Positions 28,029 to 44,499 of a DNA stretch of 64,000 nt are shown here, one piece after another (within the stretch, counting starts at the first letter, position 1; each line of letters begins with the position of its first letter). A program made the translations under genes and the position numbers. The notes beneath the pieces were generated by a model. That model did not search any database and was not told the DNA's origin. It saw nothing but the letters and a program-made list of their open reading frames with translations. Source of the DNA: the human T2T-CHM13v2.0 reference genome, Homo sapiens; NCBI RefSeq assembly GCF_009914755.1, contig NC_060930.1; one strand, written 5' to 3'.

Positions 28029-28934
28029 GGAGGAGGAGCCAAGATGGCCGAATAGGAACAGCTCCGGTCTACAGCTCCCAGCGTGAGCGATGCAGAAGAC
28101 GGGTGATTTCTGCATTTCCATCTGAGGTACCGGGTTCATCTCACTAGGGAGTGCCAGACAGTGGGCGCAGGCCAGTGGGTGCACGCACCGTGCGCGAGCC
28201 GAAGCAGGGCGAGGCATTGCCTCACCTGGGAAGCGCAAGGGGTCAGGGAGTTCCCTTTCCCAGTCAAAGAAAGGGGTGACGGACACACCTGGAAAATCGG
28301 GTCACTCCCACCCGAATATTGCGCTTTTCAGACCGGCTTAAAAAACGGCGCACCACGAGACTATATCCCACACCTGGCTCGGAGGGTCCTGCGCCCACGG
28401 AATCTCGCTCATTGCTAGCACAGCAGTCTGAGATCAAACTGCAAGGTGGCAGCGAGCCTGGGGGAGGGGTGCCCGCCATTGCCCAGGCTTGCTTAGGTAA
28501 ACAAAGCAGCCGGGAAGCTCCAACTGGGTGGAGCCCACCACAGCTCAAGGAGGCCTGCCTGCCTCTGTAGGCTCCACCTCTGGGGGCAGGGCACAGACAA
28601 ACAAAAAGACAGCAGTAACCTCTGCAGACTTAAATGTCCCTGTCTGACAGCTTTGAAGAGAGCAGTGGTTCTCCCAGCACGCAGCTGGAGATCTGAGAAC
28701 GGGCAGACTGCCTCCTCAAGTGGGTCCCTGACACCTGACCCCCGAGCAGCCTAACTGGGAGGCACCCCGCAGCAGGGGCACACTGACACCTCACACGGCC
28801 CGGTACTCCAACAGACCTGCAGCTGAGGGTGCTGTCTGTTAGAAGGAAAACTAACAAACAGAAAGGAAATCCACACCAAAAACCCATCTGTACATCACCA
28901 TCATCAAAGACCAAAAGTAGATAAAACCACAAAG
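28029..28934 (+). promoter_or_regulatory. L1 5' UTR internal sense/antisense promoter with intact YY1 site (28039-28050)
   Basis: CpG-rich L1 5' UTR. CCAAGATGGCCG YY1 motif. Confidence 0.9.
28264..28479 (-). CDS. ORF0: L1 antisense ORF0, intact 71 aa
   Basis: MAGTPPPGSLPPCSLISDCCASNERDSVGAGPSEPGVGYSLVVRRFLSRSEKRNIRVGVTRFSRCVRHPFL, with ATG (CAT at 28477-28479). Confidence 0.85.
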   Translation of the reverse strand: MAGTPPPGSLPPCSLISDCCASNERDSVGAGPSEPGVGYSLVVRRFLSRSEKRNIRVGVTRFSRCVRHPFL

Positions 28935-29951
28935 CTGGGGAAAAAACAGAACAGAAAAACTGGAAACTCTAAAACGCAGAGCGCCTCTCCTCCTCCAAAG
29001 GAACGCAGTTCCTCACCAGCAACGGAACAAAGCTGGATGGAGAATGACTTTGACGAGCTGAGAGAAGAAGACTTCAGACGATCAAATTACTCTGAGCTAC
29101 GGGAGGACATTCAAACCAAAGGCAAAGAAGTTGAAAACTTTGAAAAAAATTTAGAAGAATGTATAACTAGAATAACCAATACAGAGAAGTGCTTAAAGGA
29201 GCTGATGGAGCTGAAAACCAAGGCTCGAGAACTATGTGAAGAATGCAGAAGCCTCAGGAGCCGATGCGATCAACTGGAAGAAAGGGTATCAGCAATGGAA
29301 GATGAAATGAATGAAATGAAGCGAGAAGGGAAGGTTAGAGAAAAAAGAATAAAAAGAAATGAGCAAAGCCTCCAAGAAATATGGGACTATGTGAAAAGAC
29401 CAAATCTACGTCTGATTGGTGTACCTGAAAGTGATGCGGAGAATGGAACCAAGTTGGAACACACTCTGCAGGATATTATCCAGGAGAACTTCCCCAATCT
29501 AGCAAGGCAGGCCAATGTTCAGATTCAGGAAATACAGAGAACGCCACAAAGATACTCCTCGAGAAGAGCAACTCCAAGACACATAATTGTCAGATTCACC
29601 AAAGTTGAAATGAAGGAAAAAATGTTAAGGGCAGCCAGAGAGAAAGGTCGGGTTACCCTCAAAGGGAAGCCCATCAGACTAACAGCGGATCTCTCAGCAG
29701 AAACCCTACAAGCCAGAAGAGAGTGGGGGCCAATATTCAACATTCTTAAAGAAAAGAATTTTCAACCCAGAATTTCATATCCAGCCAAACTAAGCTTCAT
29801 AAGTGAAGGAGAAATAAAATACTTTACAGACAAGCAAATGCTGAGAGATTTTGTCACCACCAGGCCTGCCCTAAAAGAGCTCCTGAAGGAAGCGCTAAAC
29901 ATGGAAAGGAACAACCGGTACCAGCCACTGCAAAATCATGCCAAAATGTAA
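28935..29951 (+). CDS. ORF1: L1 ORF1p (RNA-binding chaperone); 338 open codons but start ATG>CTG; first ATG at 29037 gives 304 aa
   Basis: CTG-GKKQNRKTGNSKTQSASPPPKERSSSPATEQSW-MENDFDEL...; REKG, ARR and YPAKLS motifs intact. Confidence 0.9.
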   Translation: MGKKQNRKTGNSKTQSASPPPKERSSSPATEQSWMENDFDELREEDFRRSNYSELREDIQTKGKEVENFEKNLEECITRITNTEKCLKELMELKTKARELCEECRSLRSRCDQLEERVSAMEDEMNEMKREGKVREKRIKRNEQSLQEIWDYVKRPNLRLIGVPESDAENGTKLEHTLQDIIQENFPNLARQANVQIQEIQRTPQRYSSRRATPRHIIVRFTKVEMKEKMLRAAREKGRVTLKGKPIRLTADLSAETLQARREWGPIFNILKEKNFQPRISYPAKLSFISEGEIKYFTDKQMLRDFVTTRPALKELLKEALNMERNNRYQPLQNHAKM

Positions 29952-30014
29952 AGACCATCGAGACTAGGAAGAAACTGCATCAACTAACGAGCAAAATCAC
30001 CAGCTAACATCATA

Positions 30015-33840
<3,826 letters not shown>

Positions 33841-34061
33841 ACAATGAGATCACATGGACACATGAAGGGGAATATCACACTCTGGGGACTGTGGTGGGGT
33901 GGGGGGAGCGGGGAGGGATAGCATTGGGAGATATACCTAAGGCTAGATGATGAGTTAGTGGGTGCAGCGCACCAGCATGGCACATGTATACATATGTAAC
34001 TAACCTGCACAATGTGCACATGTACCCTAAAACTTAAAGTATAATAAAAAAAAAAAGAAAA

Positions 34062-34081
34062 AAAAAACAATGTATAATATA
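34062..34081. repeat. Right target-site duplication AAAAAACAATGTATAATATA
   Basis: Directly follows the L1 poly-A and is identical to 27843-27862. Confidence 0.9.
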
Positions 34082-34118
34082 AAGGTTTTTTTTGATGAGT
34101 AAGTGCTCTAAAATACAC

Positions 34119-34810
34119 AAAAATGGCAATAATCAAAAAATATTAGATGTTGGCAGGGATGTGGTGAAAAGGGAACACTTTTATACCGTTGGTGGGAATG
34201 TAAACTAGTACAACCACTATGGAAAGCAGTGTGGAGATTCTTTAAAGAATTAAAAGTAGATCTATCCTTTGATCCAGCAGCCCACTACTAGGTACCTACC
34301 CAGAGGAAAAGAAGTCATTATACGAAAAGGATACTTGTACACACACACGTTTATAGCAGCACAATTGACAATTGCAAAAATATGCAACCAACCCAAATGC
34401 CCATCAATCAATGAGTGGATTAAGAAACTGTGATATATATGTATACCATGGAATACTACTCGGCCATAAAAAGGAATGAAATAATGGCACTCACAGCAGC
34501 CTGGATGGAATTGGAGACCACTCTTCTAAGTGAACTAATTCAGTAATGGAAAACTAAACATTGTATGTTCTCACTCAGGTGTGGGAGCTAAGCTATGAGG
34601 ATGCAAAGGCATAAGAATGATACATGGAACGTTGGAAACTCGGGGGAAATGGGGAGAGCGGCGAGGGATAAAAGATTGCACACTGCTTGGGTGCTGGGTG
34701 CACCGAAATCTCAGAAATCACCCCTAGGGAACTTATGCATGTAACCAAACACCACCTGTTCCCCAAAAACCTATTGAAATAAAAAATAAAAAATTTTAAA
34801 AACAAAAATA
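34119..34810 (+). mobile_element. 5'-truncated L1PB-type element
   Basis: GATGTGGTGAAAAGGGAACACTTTT, CCCAGAGGAAAAGAAGTCATTATA; 3' end CACCACCTGTTCCCCAAAAACCTATTGAAATAAAA. Confidence 0.88.
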
Positions 34811-35545
34811 AATATATAAAGCAGAGTAAGGATAAGGAGAGGAGGAGTGTGTTGTTTTTGAGATAGTCATCAGGAAGACAATAAAGTGAAGGAATGAGTG
34901 GCGTGGATATCGTGGGAAGAGCAGTAGAAGCCAACGACCAGTGCAAAGTCTCTGGGGAAGGTGCAATTTATGTCTTTAAGGGACAACAAGGGCTGGAGCA
35001 TAATGAACAAGAGACACAGTGGGAGGAGAAGGAGTTTGAAAGGTGGAGAGAGGCCTTACCATGTATGGCCTGTGCTTCTGGATGGACTTTTTCATTAGGT
35101 GCAGTAGGCACAATGCCTAGAGCCCACAGTAATTTCAGAAGTTCAAAAAATATTTTAATGTTTTACAATCCGAAGACAAAAATGAATTTTAAATTAAAAA
35201 ATATTTTAATATATGCTATAAATATATTTATCTCTATACCAAGGCAGTTGTGAAATACAATGTTCAATTTTTTTTTTATAGAGGAAGACATCCATGGAAG
35301 CAAAATTGCCCAAGGCCTACGAAAGTCACAATGTGCCCCAGCTTAGAGACAGGAATGTCAATGAAAGTTGTAATCAGGGAAGAGAAGGCATACTTTGAGA
35401 AAAAAGGAGCCTTGGCCTGAGAATTGGGAAGAAAGGGAGGGTCCTACAAAGAAAACTGAAAAGGAATAGTCAAGAGAAAGGGGAAAAGTAAAAATTCTCC
35501 ATCCCTGGAACCAAGCCAATAAAGTGTTATAAGAATGAACATTCA
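34810..35545 (-). mobile_element. L2a continuation, interrupted at ~35085-35340 by a probable hAT-type MITE
   Basis: AAAGCAGAGTAAGG..GGATATCGTGGGAAGAGC..GTGCAAAG..GGCTGGAGCA. The insert ends GGCCTACGAAAGTCACAATGTGCCCCAG (hAT/Tip100-like terminus, tentative). Confidence 0.6.
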
Positions 35546-36148
35546 ATTTTCCTGGATAAAATGCAACATGAACTTGTTCCTTTACTTTGCCTTGGATTTA
35601 AGCTTAGAAACTGAGGATATCTGGTGAAAAGAATCAGACAACTGTCCCCCCCCAGTTGCTGATACATGTCTTTTATTCCTTATTTGTCCACACTAAGCAC
35701 CTGGATTGTCACTGGCACCCTCTAGATAATATCTTTTTGCGGAAAATATTTAGCTTTTATTAGGAAAATTTTGCCAAATAAAATTGGGTGCTATCTTTTT
35801 TAACTTTAAGAAATAATTCACTTAATAAAATATATAGTATTACCTAACACAAGAATGATTAAAACCAATTATAAAATCCATAACTTTCTTAAATACTACT
35901 GTCATTGATCTTTCCACTTTTAGTCTTATTTTAATTTAGTGTGGTTTATATTGTTTGCTAAAATTCTTGATTGTGCTTTTGCTTTCCTTCAGGATATATC
36001 TAAGTCACTTAAACTTAAATTATCTTTATTTCTGCCCCTCAGATGCTTAGTTGAAAAGTGATAATACTAGTGTACTCTTCATAGATTTGTCACAAAATAA
36101 GTAAAATATTACAAAGAAAGGACAATGCCTAACACACAAGAACTGTTT

Positions 36149-36271
36149 AGTAGCTTCTTACTTCCATGCTTTATAGTTTTCTATTTATCAGTAGTTTCTG
36201 ACTTCCATGCTTTATATTTTTCTATTTATCAGTAGTTTCTGACTTCCATGCTTTATATTTTTCTATTTATC
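36149..36271. repeat. Minisatellite, 3 x 41 bp
   Basis: AGTAGTTTCTGACTTCCATGCTTTATATTTTTCTATTTATC at 36149, 36190 and 36231. Confidence 0.92.
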
Positions 36272-36349
36272 CTCTATTTCAACAAATTATTTATCTATCA
36301 GCCTACCTATATCTGTTTGTGTGTGTGTGTGCATGTGTGTTTATAATGT

Positions 36350-37680
36350 GAGTTAGGCCCTCCTCTAGGTTCTTGAAAATATACCAGTGAATATGCCAAT
36401 TCAAAAATTCTTCCATGGTAGAAATTAAATTTTAGAGGAGTAGACAATAAACATTAAACAAAATATTGTGAGGAAAAATGCAAATTCTTACAAGTTTGAA
36501 TACATAGCTTTATTTCATTTGAATTAATTAAGGGATTGAGACCTATAGATATCTGGCGGAGAGCATTGCAGACATGAAGAACTGCCAGTATACTAAGGGT
36601 GGCCCTTGGTGGATGTGCTCCATAAAGGGTAGAAAGCCAATGTGGCTGAAAGAGAGTAAGAAAGAAAGTAGTAGATGTTGAAGGAAGAGCATTAACATGC
36701 CATTCAGCATGTAGGGCCTAGAAAGCTTTCATTAAAATGCTGGCTTATAATCTTGTGGAATTAGAGTACCCTTGAAATATTCTGAATGATGGGTGACATT
36801 ATCCTAAATGAAACAAGATCACAGAGGCTCCTATGTTGAAAATTGATATTTTGTGAACAAAATTTTGGAAGCTACAGGGGAAATACAAGTAAGGCATAAG
36901 AACGACTTGGACTGAGATAGTAACATGAGAAGTAGTTAGAATCTAGCTATATTTGATGACCCATCAGTGTTTTCTAAAGAAATGTCTTAGAATGTAGGAA
37001 GAAGACAGAAGTCAAGAGGATGACTCCAAAGTTTTGATCTTTAAAACTGGATGGAGGTAGTTGCTATATTATGGTAAAGGGAAAGACTGAGAATAGGGCA
37101 AATTTGGAGGAAAGGATCAGGAGTTCTAATATGGACATATATGTTTGAGTTGTCTATTTGAAATGCAAATGGAGAAGATGAATAAGTAGTTGCATATCTG
37201 AAGCTTTAATTTAAGTGGCGATATCTAGAGATATATTCAGAGGTTTCAGAATACTAATGGCATTTCAAGTCATGACACTGCATGAAGTCACCAAGAGACA
37301 ATATTGATAGCAAAGAGCAGAATTTTTAAAATATTCTCAATTCTGGAGTATCCCATTATTAAGAAATCTAAAAGAGGGAAAATCTGCAAAGGAGACTAAC
37401 AGGTGTGGCCATGGAGATAGGCAAACAACAAGAGAGTGTTGTTTTGGAAACCCATTGAAAAGTGATAGTAGGAGGGAAAGTTATTCAACATGGTTCTGCT
37501 GCTTGCAAGTTAAGTAAGATAAACACTGAGAACTGATCATTGGATTTATCAACACAGAGATCATTAATGACCTGGACTAGGTAAGTACTTGCAGAGTGTG
37601 GGGAAGAAAGCATGATTGGAGTGGGCTCAAGAAAGAACAAGAGAAGTGAAGAAAGTAAATATATAGCATAAACAAATATA
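36350..37680 (-). mobile_element. L2 fragment
   Basis: GAAGTCAAGAGGATGACTCCAAAGTTTTG, TTTGAGTTGTCTATT, CACTGAGAACTGATCATTGGATTTATCAAC. Confidence 0.8.
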
Positions 37681-40473
37681 CCAGTATAGAGCATTCAATA
37701 TTATTAATGTTCATGTAATTGCAAACATTTAATAAATCACTCATGACTACTATGAGCCTCAAGATAAAGCATAACAAATTACTGAGCTTTCTCAGAATTA
37801 AGCAGATAATAAATCAACAGAATTTAAATAGATGCAAAAAATCTCTACCTAACAAAATAATTTTATTGTTGTTGTTATTGATTTTTTTAAAAAGCTAAAT
37901 GTAAGAATTTCTTGCAATTGAAGGAATGGCAAAAACCATAATTAGTTTTGCACAAACGTAATATAACAAACACCCAGAAAGAAGTACTCTGAAGCCATTA
38001 AGCCCATGTGACATTGAGTCTAAGGTCAAATCATATGGTCAGAGTGCACTCCGTACCACTTTCAGAATCAGCAGTGCTTGTACATTCCTCTTATAGCTGC
38101 ATCTCAGATGTTTTCTTTATATTCTTTGAACTTCAAAATTAGCCATAGTTTAGTTTTAGATTTTCAAAAGTGACCTTTTATACAGGAATCACCAGTGAAT
38201 GGACCACGTACACAAAAATGTCTTGAACCTTGCAAGCTAAGTATTGTTAAAATTAGAAAGTACATATTCCCTTAAATAAAACAATGGAGTTCAAAAATAA
38301 TTTAAGACAAATACCTAATATTGATAAATTGACAGAAATTGAATAAAATTTACTCTCTTACAAGACAATATAAGGCAAAACAAAGAAAGTTCAAACTTGA
38401 TTTATCATTTACCTATGATTGGTATCCTTAGAAATTCTTATGTCTTCAGTGTGTCTAGTTAAAAGAATAGAACCCATTTTCTCACTAAGGTGAGGAGAAT
38501 TTTATGCAAGAAAAATGAATATGGAATTTTAGAAGCATTTTATAAACTATAAGCATAAATAATAAAACCACAGACTATGGATTAAACTCTATTAGTTCTA
38601 AAGTATTGAGGTCAAATGAAGAAGACAGAAATAGTCAGTCAAATCACAGAAAGCCATCTTAATGAAAAGCAGGCATGTGATATCTGGATCTGTCTCCTAA
38701 AGCATGGTATCATGCAAGAGCTCACTTTATGTAGTTCAAATGAGTTTGCCTAGAAACAGATTAATTCATGATCTTATTATAAAATGTCATTTAGATTTTG
38801 GACAGATACTTCTTAGACTCTTTAAGTTAATTCTATTTCAGAGCATGAAGTTGAGTCCAGCAGGGTAAAATGAAGATTTCCCATGAATATCTTAATCCTT
38901 AAAGCAAGAAAGCTTTCCACAGAATAAGGCTGAGCATTTGAAGACATGACTTTCCTGGGTTTTTTTTTCCCTATAAAGATTTTAGAGCCTTTTTAAATCC
39001 TTTCATTTAGTCTTAAAGTCTGGAAAGCCAGGCTTCAGTATTTCACCTATATGGAAGAAACCCAAACCAAAAATGTGTGTTTAACATAAGGTTTTTTTAT
39101 GAACTATAAATAGACTCTGTTGCAATAATTTTTAACATTAGCATACAGTCTTTGCAGAATGAACCAAAACATACACATATATGCAATACACATATATTTT
39201 ATTGAAAAATAAAATAAAAATAGAACATTTGTTCTGTATTAAAAATTCATTAGCATATTTGTGGGAATAAAATATATTCATAAGCTGTTTTAAATATTTA
39301 ATGCAATTTTACTACCAAATAAATTCATTAAAGAGTAACCTTAAATGGATGTTTTTTCATTTAATAAATATGCCAAGTTTAATTATCCCAATCTAAATAG
39401 TATAGAAGGTAGTGAACATTAAATTCACTGTAAAATTATTTTTATGTTGTATTACCTTCATTGATGTCAATTTAATTAAAGCATACATTGGCAAGGAGCA
39501 AAATGACTTAATTATTTAAAACAAAACTTAATCATTGCTAGAACAATAATTAAGTGCCCCCAAATGACCCATTCTTTACTTTCCTACAAAACTATTGCAT
39601 GGAAATAAATTAAGAAAAACCATAATTAGTGCATTTTAAAATATTTTTATCCAATAAATAGAAAATTAAAATCAACCATTTAAGAATATGCTCAAATTTT
39701 TGAAAAGCATATAATAAAGTTCTAAATGGGTGTCTAAGGAAACCCTATTTTCCACAATTCTATGTAGGTTTTACATATTAATAACAAACTTTTCTTGAAC
39801 TACTCTATTTGTATGTTTTTGCCTTCTGGTTTTGAATTTGCTTTTAATAGAAATACAAAAATGTGATGAGACACATTTTTTGTAGATGAGACTCATCTGT
39901 ATGTATTTTTTTATTTTTTATGTCCTGTTTATATTTGAGCCCCTGGAATTTAGTGAGCAAAAATAAACATGTATTGAATACATGCATGTTTGAATGGATA
40001 AATAGACTGAAGAATAAATGAATGCATGAAATAACTTTTTCTTTCCAATTTTAAAAGGAAGATGTTCAGCCTTAAGATGTTAAGTAATTTGCTTAAAGAA
40101 TTATATGGAAACTTTGAAGATTCTATTGCCAAGCTAAGGACTCTTCACTACAGCATATTAGTATCTGTGGAAATATAATGTAAAAGTGAGTAGGAGTATA
40201 AGTTTATAGAGTGACAATTGCTATAGAGGGACAAGATAACAGTAGGTAGTATATTATATCTGCTTAGATGCTGACTACAATGAGCTATGAGACAAGCAGA
40301 TCATAAATGGAATAATTACTGGATTAGTATGGTAGATGAAGAAACTAAGAAAAGAGAAGCATCTGTTCAATACCTCATAAGAGAAATCTACAAAACTTGG
40401 TGAATGAATGGGTAAATTAAGAGTGCTAAGAAATCAAAGGAAACCCCAAGAAGTATTTATGTGACTATGTGAC

Positions 40474-40823
40474 TGCTATTGTGAATGTTTGTTTCCCCCT
40501 CAAAATTCATATGTTGAAACCTAACTTCAAAGTGGTGGTATTAAGATATGAAGCCTTTGGGAGTTGATTAGGCCATAAGGTCATCTCATCAATGGAATTG
40601 GTGCTCCCATAAAAGAGGATTGAGGTAACTTGTTTTCCCATTTCACCATGTGAGGACATAGATGGCATCATCTGTGAAGCAAAGAGGGAAGCTTCACCAG
40701 ACATCAAATCTGCTGGTACCTTGATCTTGAATGTCCCAGCCTCCAGAACTCTGAGCAATAAATTTCTGATGTTTATAAATTACCCAGTCTAAGGTATTTT
40801 AACAGTCCAAATAGTCTAATACA
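40474..40823 (+). mobile_element. MLT1A0-like MaLR solo LTR
   Basis: TGAATGTTTGTTTCCCCCTCAAAATTCATATGTTGAAACCTAA...AATCTGCTGGTACCTTGATCTTG...TATAAATTACCCAGTCTAAGGTATTTT. Confidence 0.88.
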
Positions 40824-41060
40824 GTGGGATCTCTGAAGAATAATGTCTCTATTTTGATTAAAGAAGGAAAAACTAACATGTTGAGAAAGATATGATTATT
40901 CCAACTTTCAAAATACTATGATTTGAAGCCAGTGAGGACAACAAAACAAACATGTCTTTTAGGAATTAATTTAAAAGTACAGATTAAAACAAAATGTTAA
41001 AATGATAAGTTTGGAAATGAAGAATTGGTCTTTATCCACATTAAAGAAATGCTCGGTTTA

Positions 41061-41386
<326 letters not shown>

Positions 41387-41436
41387 TCACATAAATGAAT
41401 GAATAATACATTGACTTTCTTCTTGTTCCTCTAGAG

Positions 41437-41438
41437 TT

Positions 41439-41490
<52 letters not shown>
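41437..41490. repeat. (TTTC)n microsatellite
   Basis: Direct reading. Confidence 0.95.
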
Positions 41491-41609
41491 AATCTTTGGG
41501 CCTTCACATTGCTGTACCATCTGCAAAGAATATTCTTACACATATCTCCTTCACATCTTTTAATCATTCAACTATCACTTGAAACATCTCGTCAGCACTT
41601 GGTAAACTC

Positions 41610-41840
41610 AGTACTTGCCATATACAAAGCATGACTTTATGCACTTCACATAAATTAACTCATTTAATCCTAATGAAAACCCTATGAAACAGTACTGTAA
41701 TAATTATATTTTACTTAAAGCAAGAAATGGAGGCAAGGAAAGTATAAGAAATTTGTAATAACTAGAATCTCAGTAAGTGAGACTTGGACCAAGGCAGTTT
41801 GTCTTAATACATGCTCTTAACCACCAATCTATGCTGCTTA
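41610..41840 (-). mobile_element. MIR
   Basis: ATTAACTCATTTAATCCTAATGAAAACCCTATGA..ATTTTAC..GAAATGGAGGC...CCAAGGCAGT..ATGCTCTTAACCAC. Confidence 0.75.
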
Positions 41841-42034
41841 AAGTATTTCTTCATCCTCATTTGTAATATTTTAGAATGCATAACCCTCTGAAATTGTCCT
41901 GTTCATTTATTTCTTAGTAGGTTTTCTCTTATTTCAGAGAGGATTTACCCATAAAGATGAAATGTCAAACGTCTAAACTTTCAATGTAAGTATGCAATTT
42001 AAAAAATATGCACGTCAAGCAGAGAAGTTAAACA

Positions 42035-42860
42035 TTGTCCTAGATTATATTAATTTATATATTCACACTCTTTGTACCATGTGATTTTGCATACCCTCTC
42101 ATTACAGAGGTGAAATATATTTCTGCTTCCCTTGCCTTTGTGTTTAGCCCTGAAGATTACTGTAGCCAATGGGATATGCATCATAGTAACTTGATAAGAG
42201 GCTAGGAAAGAATGTTTGCAATACCTCTGCTTTCACCATTAGAACATGACTAGCTCACTGGTTCAAGGGACTGATCCAGTTGAGTAGAGTCTAATCCCCA
42301 GTTTATCTTCAAATTTAGGAACCGAGTAATGATTATTAAGTTATGTCACCGAGGTTTTGTGCTTGTTTGTAATACGGCGCTTTTTATAGTAAGAGCTGAT
42401 TGATACAGAAATTGGTACCAGAAAAGGGTACTGTCATTATAAAAATCTAAATTTTCTGGCATTGCCTTTACAACAGGCAGCATTCTCTGAGGAAATGGTT
42501 AGAAGAGGTTGGGAAAATGCCAAGGGAACTGTTTTAGGAGGATGAAAAATTGGAGATGTGTTTTGTAGTAATGAAATATTTGATAAAACTCTCACGTGAG
42601 GTTATTTAGAAGATTGAAAATGCACCTAATGAATTTTTAGAATTGGAAAAGGAGACCTCTGGAGAAAATAAAATGTTGACAGCTTGGGTTTTGCCCTTTT
42701 CGGTATAAAAAATAAAAACTAAAAGTAAGAGCTGAGCTCAAAACAGACTTTGTAAGCAGAATGTAGAATTCATATGTAGTTGAGAACTTGTTGGGTTGGA
42801 AAACAACAACTTTTTCTCATCTTTAATCATCCAAATCTTCTCAAAATAAGATATAGACAG
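42035..42860 (+). mobile_element. Old MLT1 LTR followed by MLT internal sequence
   Basis: LTR end AGCTGATTGATACA runs directly into GAAATTGGTACCAGAAAAGGG, a MaLR LTR/internal junction at ~42406. Confidence 0.65.
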
Positions 42861-43117
42861 GGTCAAGAACGTTCCTTCAGTATTATGTTCATGTACGACA
42901 ATAAAACATGTACACAGCCTTGTTATGTGCTAAAATATATTATAAACTGAGCTGTTTTAAATATGTGGTACTGGTGCATAAATGAGTAGATTAATGGACT
43001 ATAGCAGGAACAATGATGAGACATGCTTTTGGAGACACCCCAGTACCAGTCTATCTAGGAGGCTGTGAATCAGCAGTTAAAAATGCAGATTTTCTGCCAT
43101 CAAAGACTGGGGAGGAC

Positions 43118-43472
43118 TGTGGCAAATTAACATGACCACAAATCATTTGTTACTCTTGTTATTGAGGGACAGAGATTTATTCTACTTCCTTTGAACTTGG
43201 TCTTGACTTCTATGAACAATAGAAAGAAAAGGTGATATACAGGGTCAATGGAATGCGGCTGACAAATGGCTTCTCCAGCCCTGGGAATGAGCTATCTTGG
43301 ACATGTAGGCTGATGGAGTCTTCAGATGAGGACATCTACATGAGAGACCCTAAGCAAGGACCAAGCCACTGAGCTCAGTCAACCCACAGAAATCTGAAAG
43401 ATACTAATAAATTGTGAGATTAAACTACTAATTTGGAAGGTGCTTCATTATAGAACAATAGATAAGTAGGAA
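43118..43472 (+). mobile_element. MLT1G/H-like LTR
   Basis: TGTGGCAAATTAACATGACCACAAAT...CATGAGAGACCCTAAGCAAG..CTCAGTCAACCCACAGAA...GCAATAGATAA-like end. Confidence 0.7.
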
Positions 43473-43752
43473 GAGGCAGATGATAAAGCTTGAAAACTAA
43501 AGAATTAAAATAAATTCAGTCAAAGGTAAGTTCTGTAAAGGAGATAAATAAATTAAAGAGTTCAGGATCCATATATATCCATTGATTGATTTTATTTTGA
43601 CAGCAGTATCCAGGAAATTAGCCGGAAAGCACTTGGTCTAGGATTAAATGAGTATAAATAACTTACTAACAATTTTGGGATAAATCATTACCTAAAAATT
43701 AACAATGAATGCCCTTATGTATCAAAAGAAATGGCATATGAAATAGTCAAAT

Positions 43753-44142
<390 letters not shown>

Positions 44143-44499
44143 TCAGATTATTTCATATGTAAGGTGCTCATAAAAACAAAGGGAAGTAACATCCTAAATT
44201 ATAAATGCACAATATAAATGAATGAATAAATATTTTTTAAAAAGCACAAATCGCAAAAAAAGCCAATCTCGTAATTATTAGTAAAATGTAAATTAAAAAT
44301 TATTGATATATTTCAAACCTTTTTCCTTAGTAAATGAATGTTCAAAAAATAGAATTAGGCAGTCTGTTGGTGAGTGTCAAAAGTAAGCATCTGATATCTT
44401 ACTACCAGGCAAGCATGTAGCTACAGTGACAGATCCAGGCATACACACCACCCAGAGAACCACATTCACCAGAAAAGTTTTAAGAATAAAAAAACAACT

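Noticed and set aside
34082-34810. 3' transduction by the full-length L1
   Set aside because: The TSD lies immediately after the L1 poly-A, before this segment, and the segment is an independent older L1PB fragment.
36149-36271. CRISPR-like array
   Set aside because: Head-to-tail repeats without unique spacers, in eukaryotic DNA with no cas genes.
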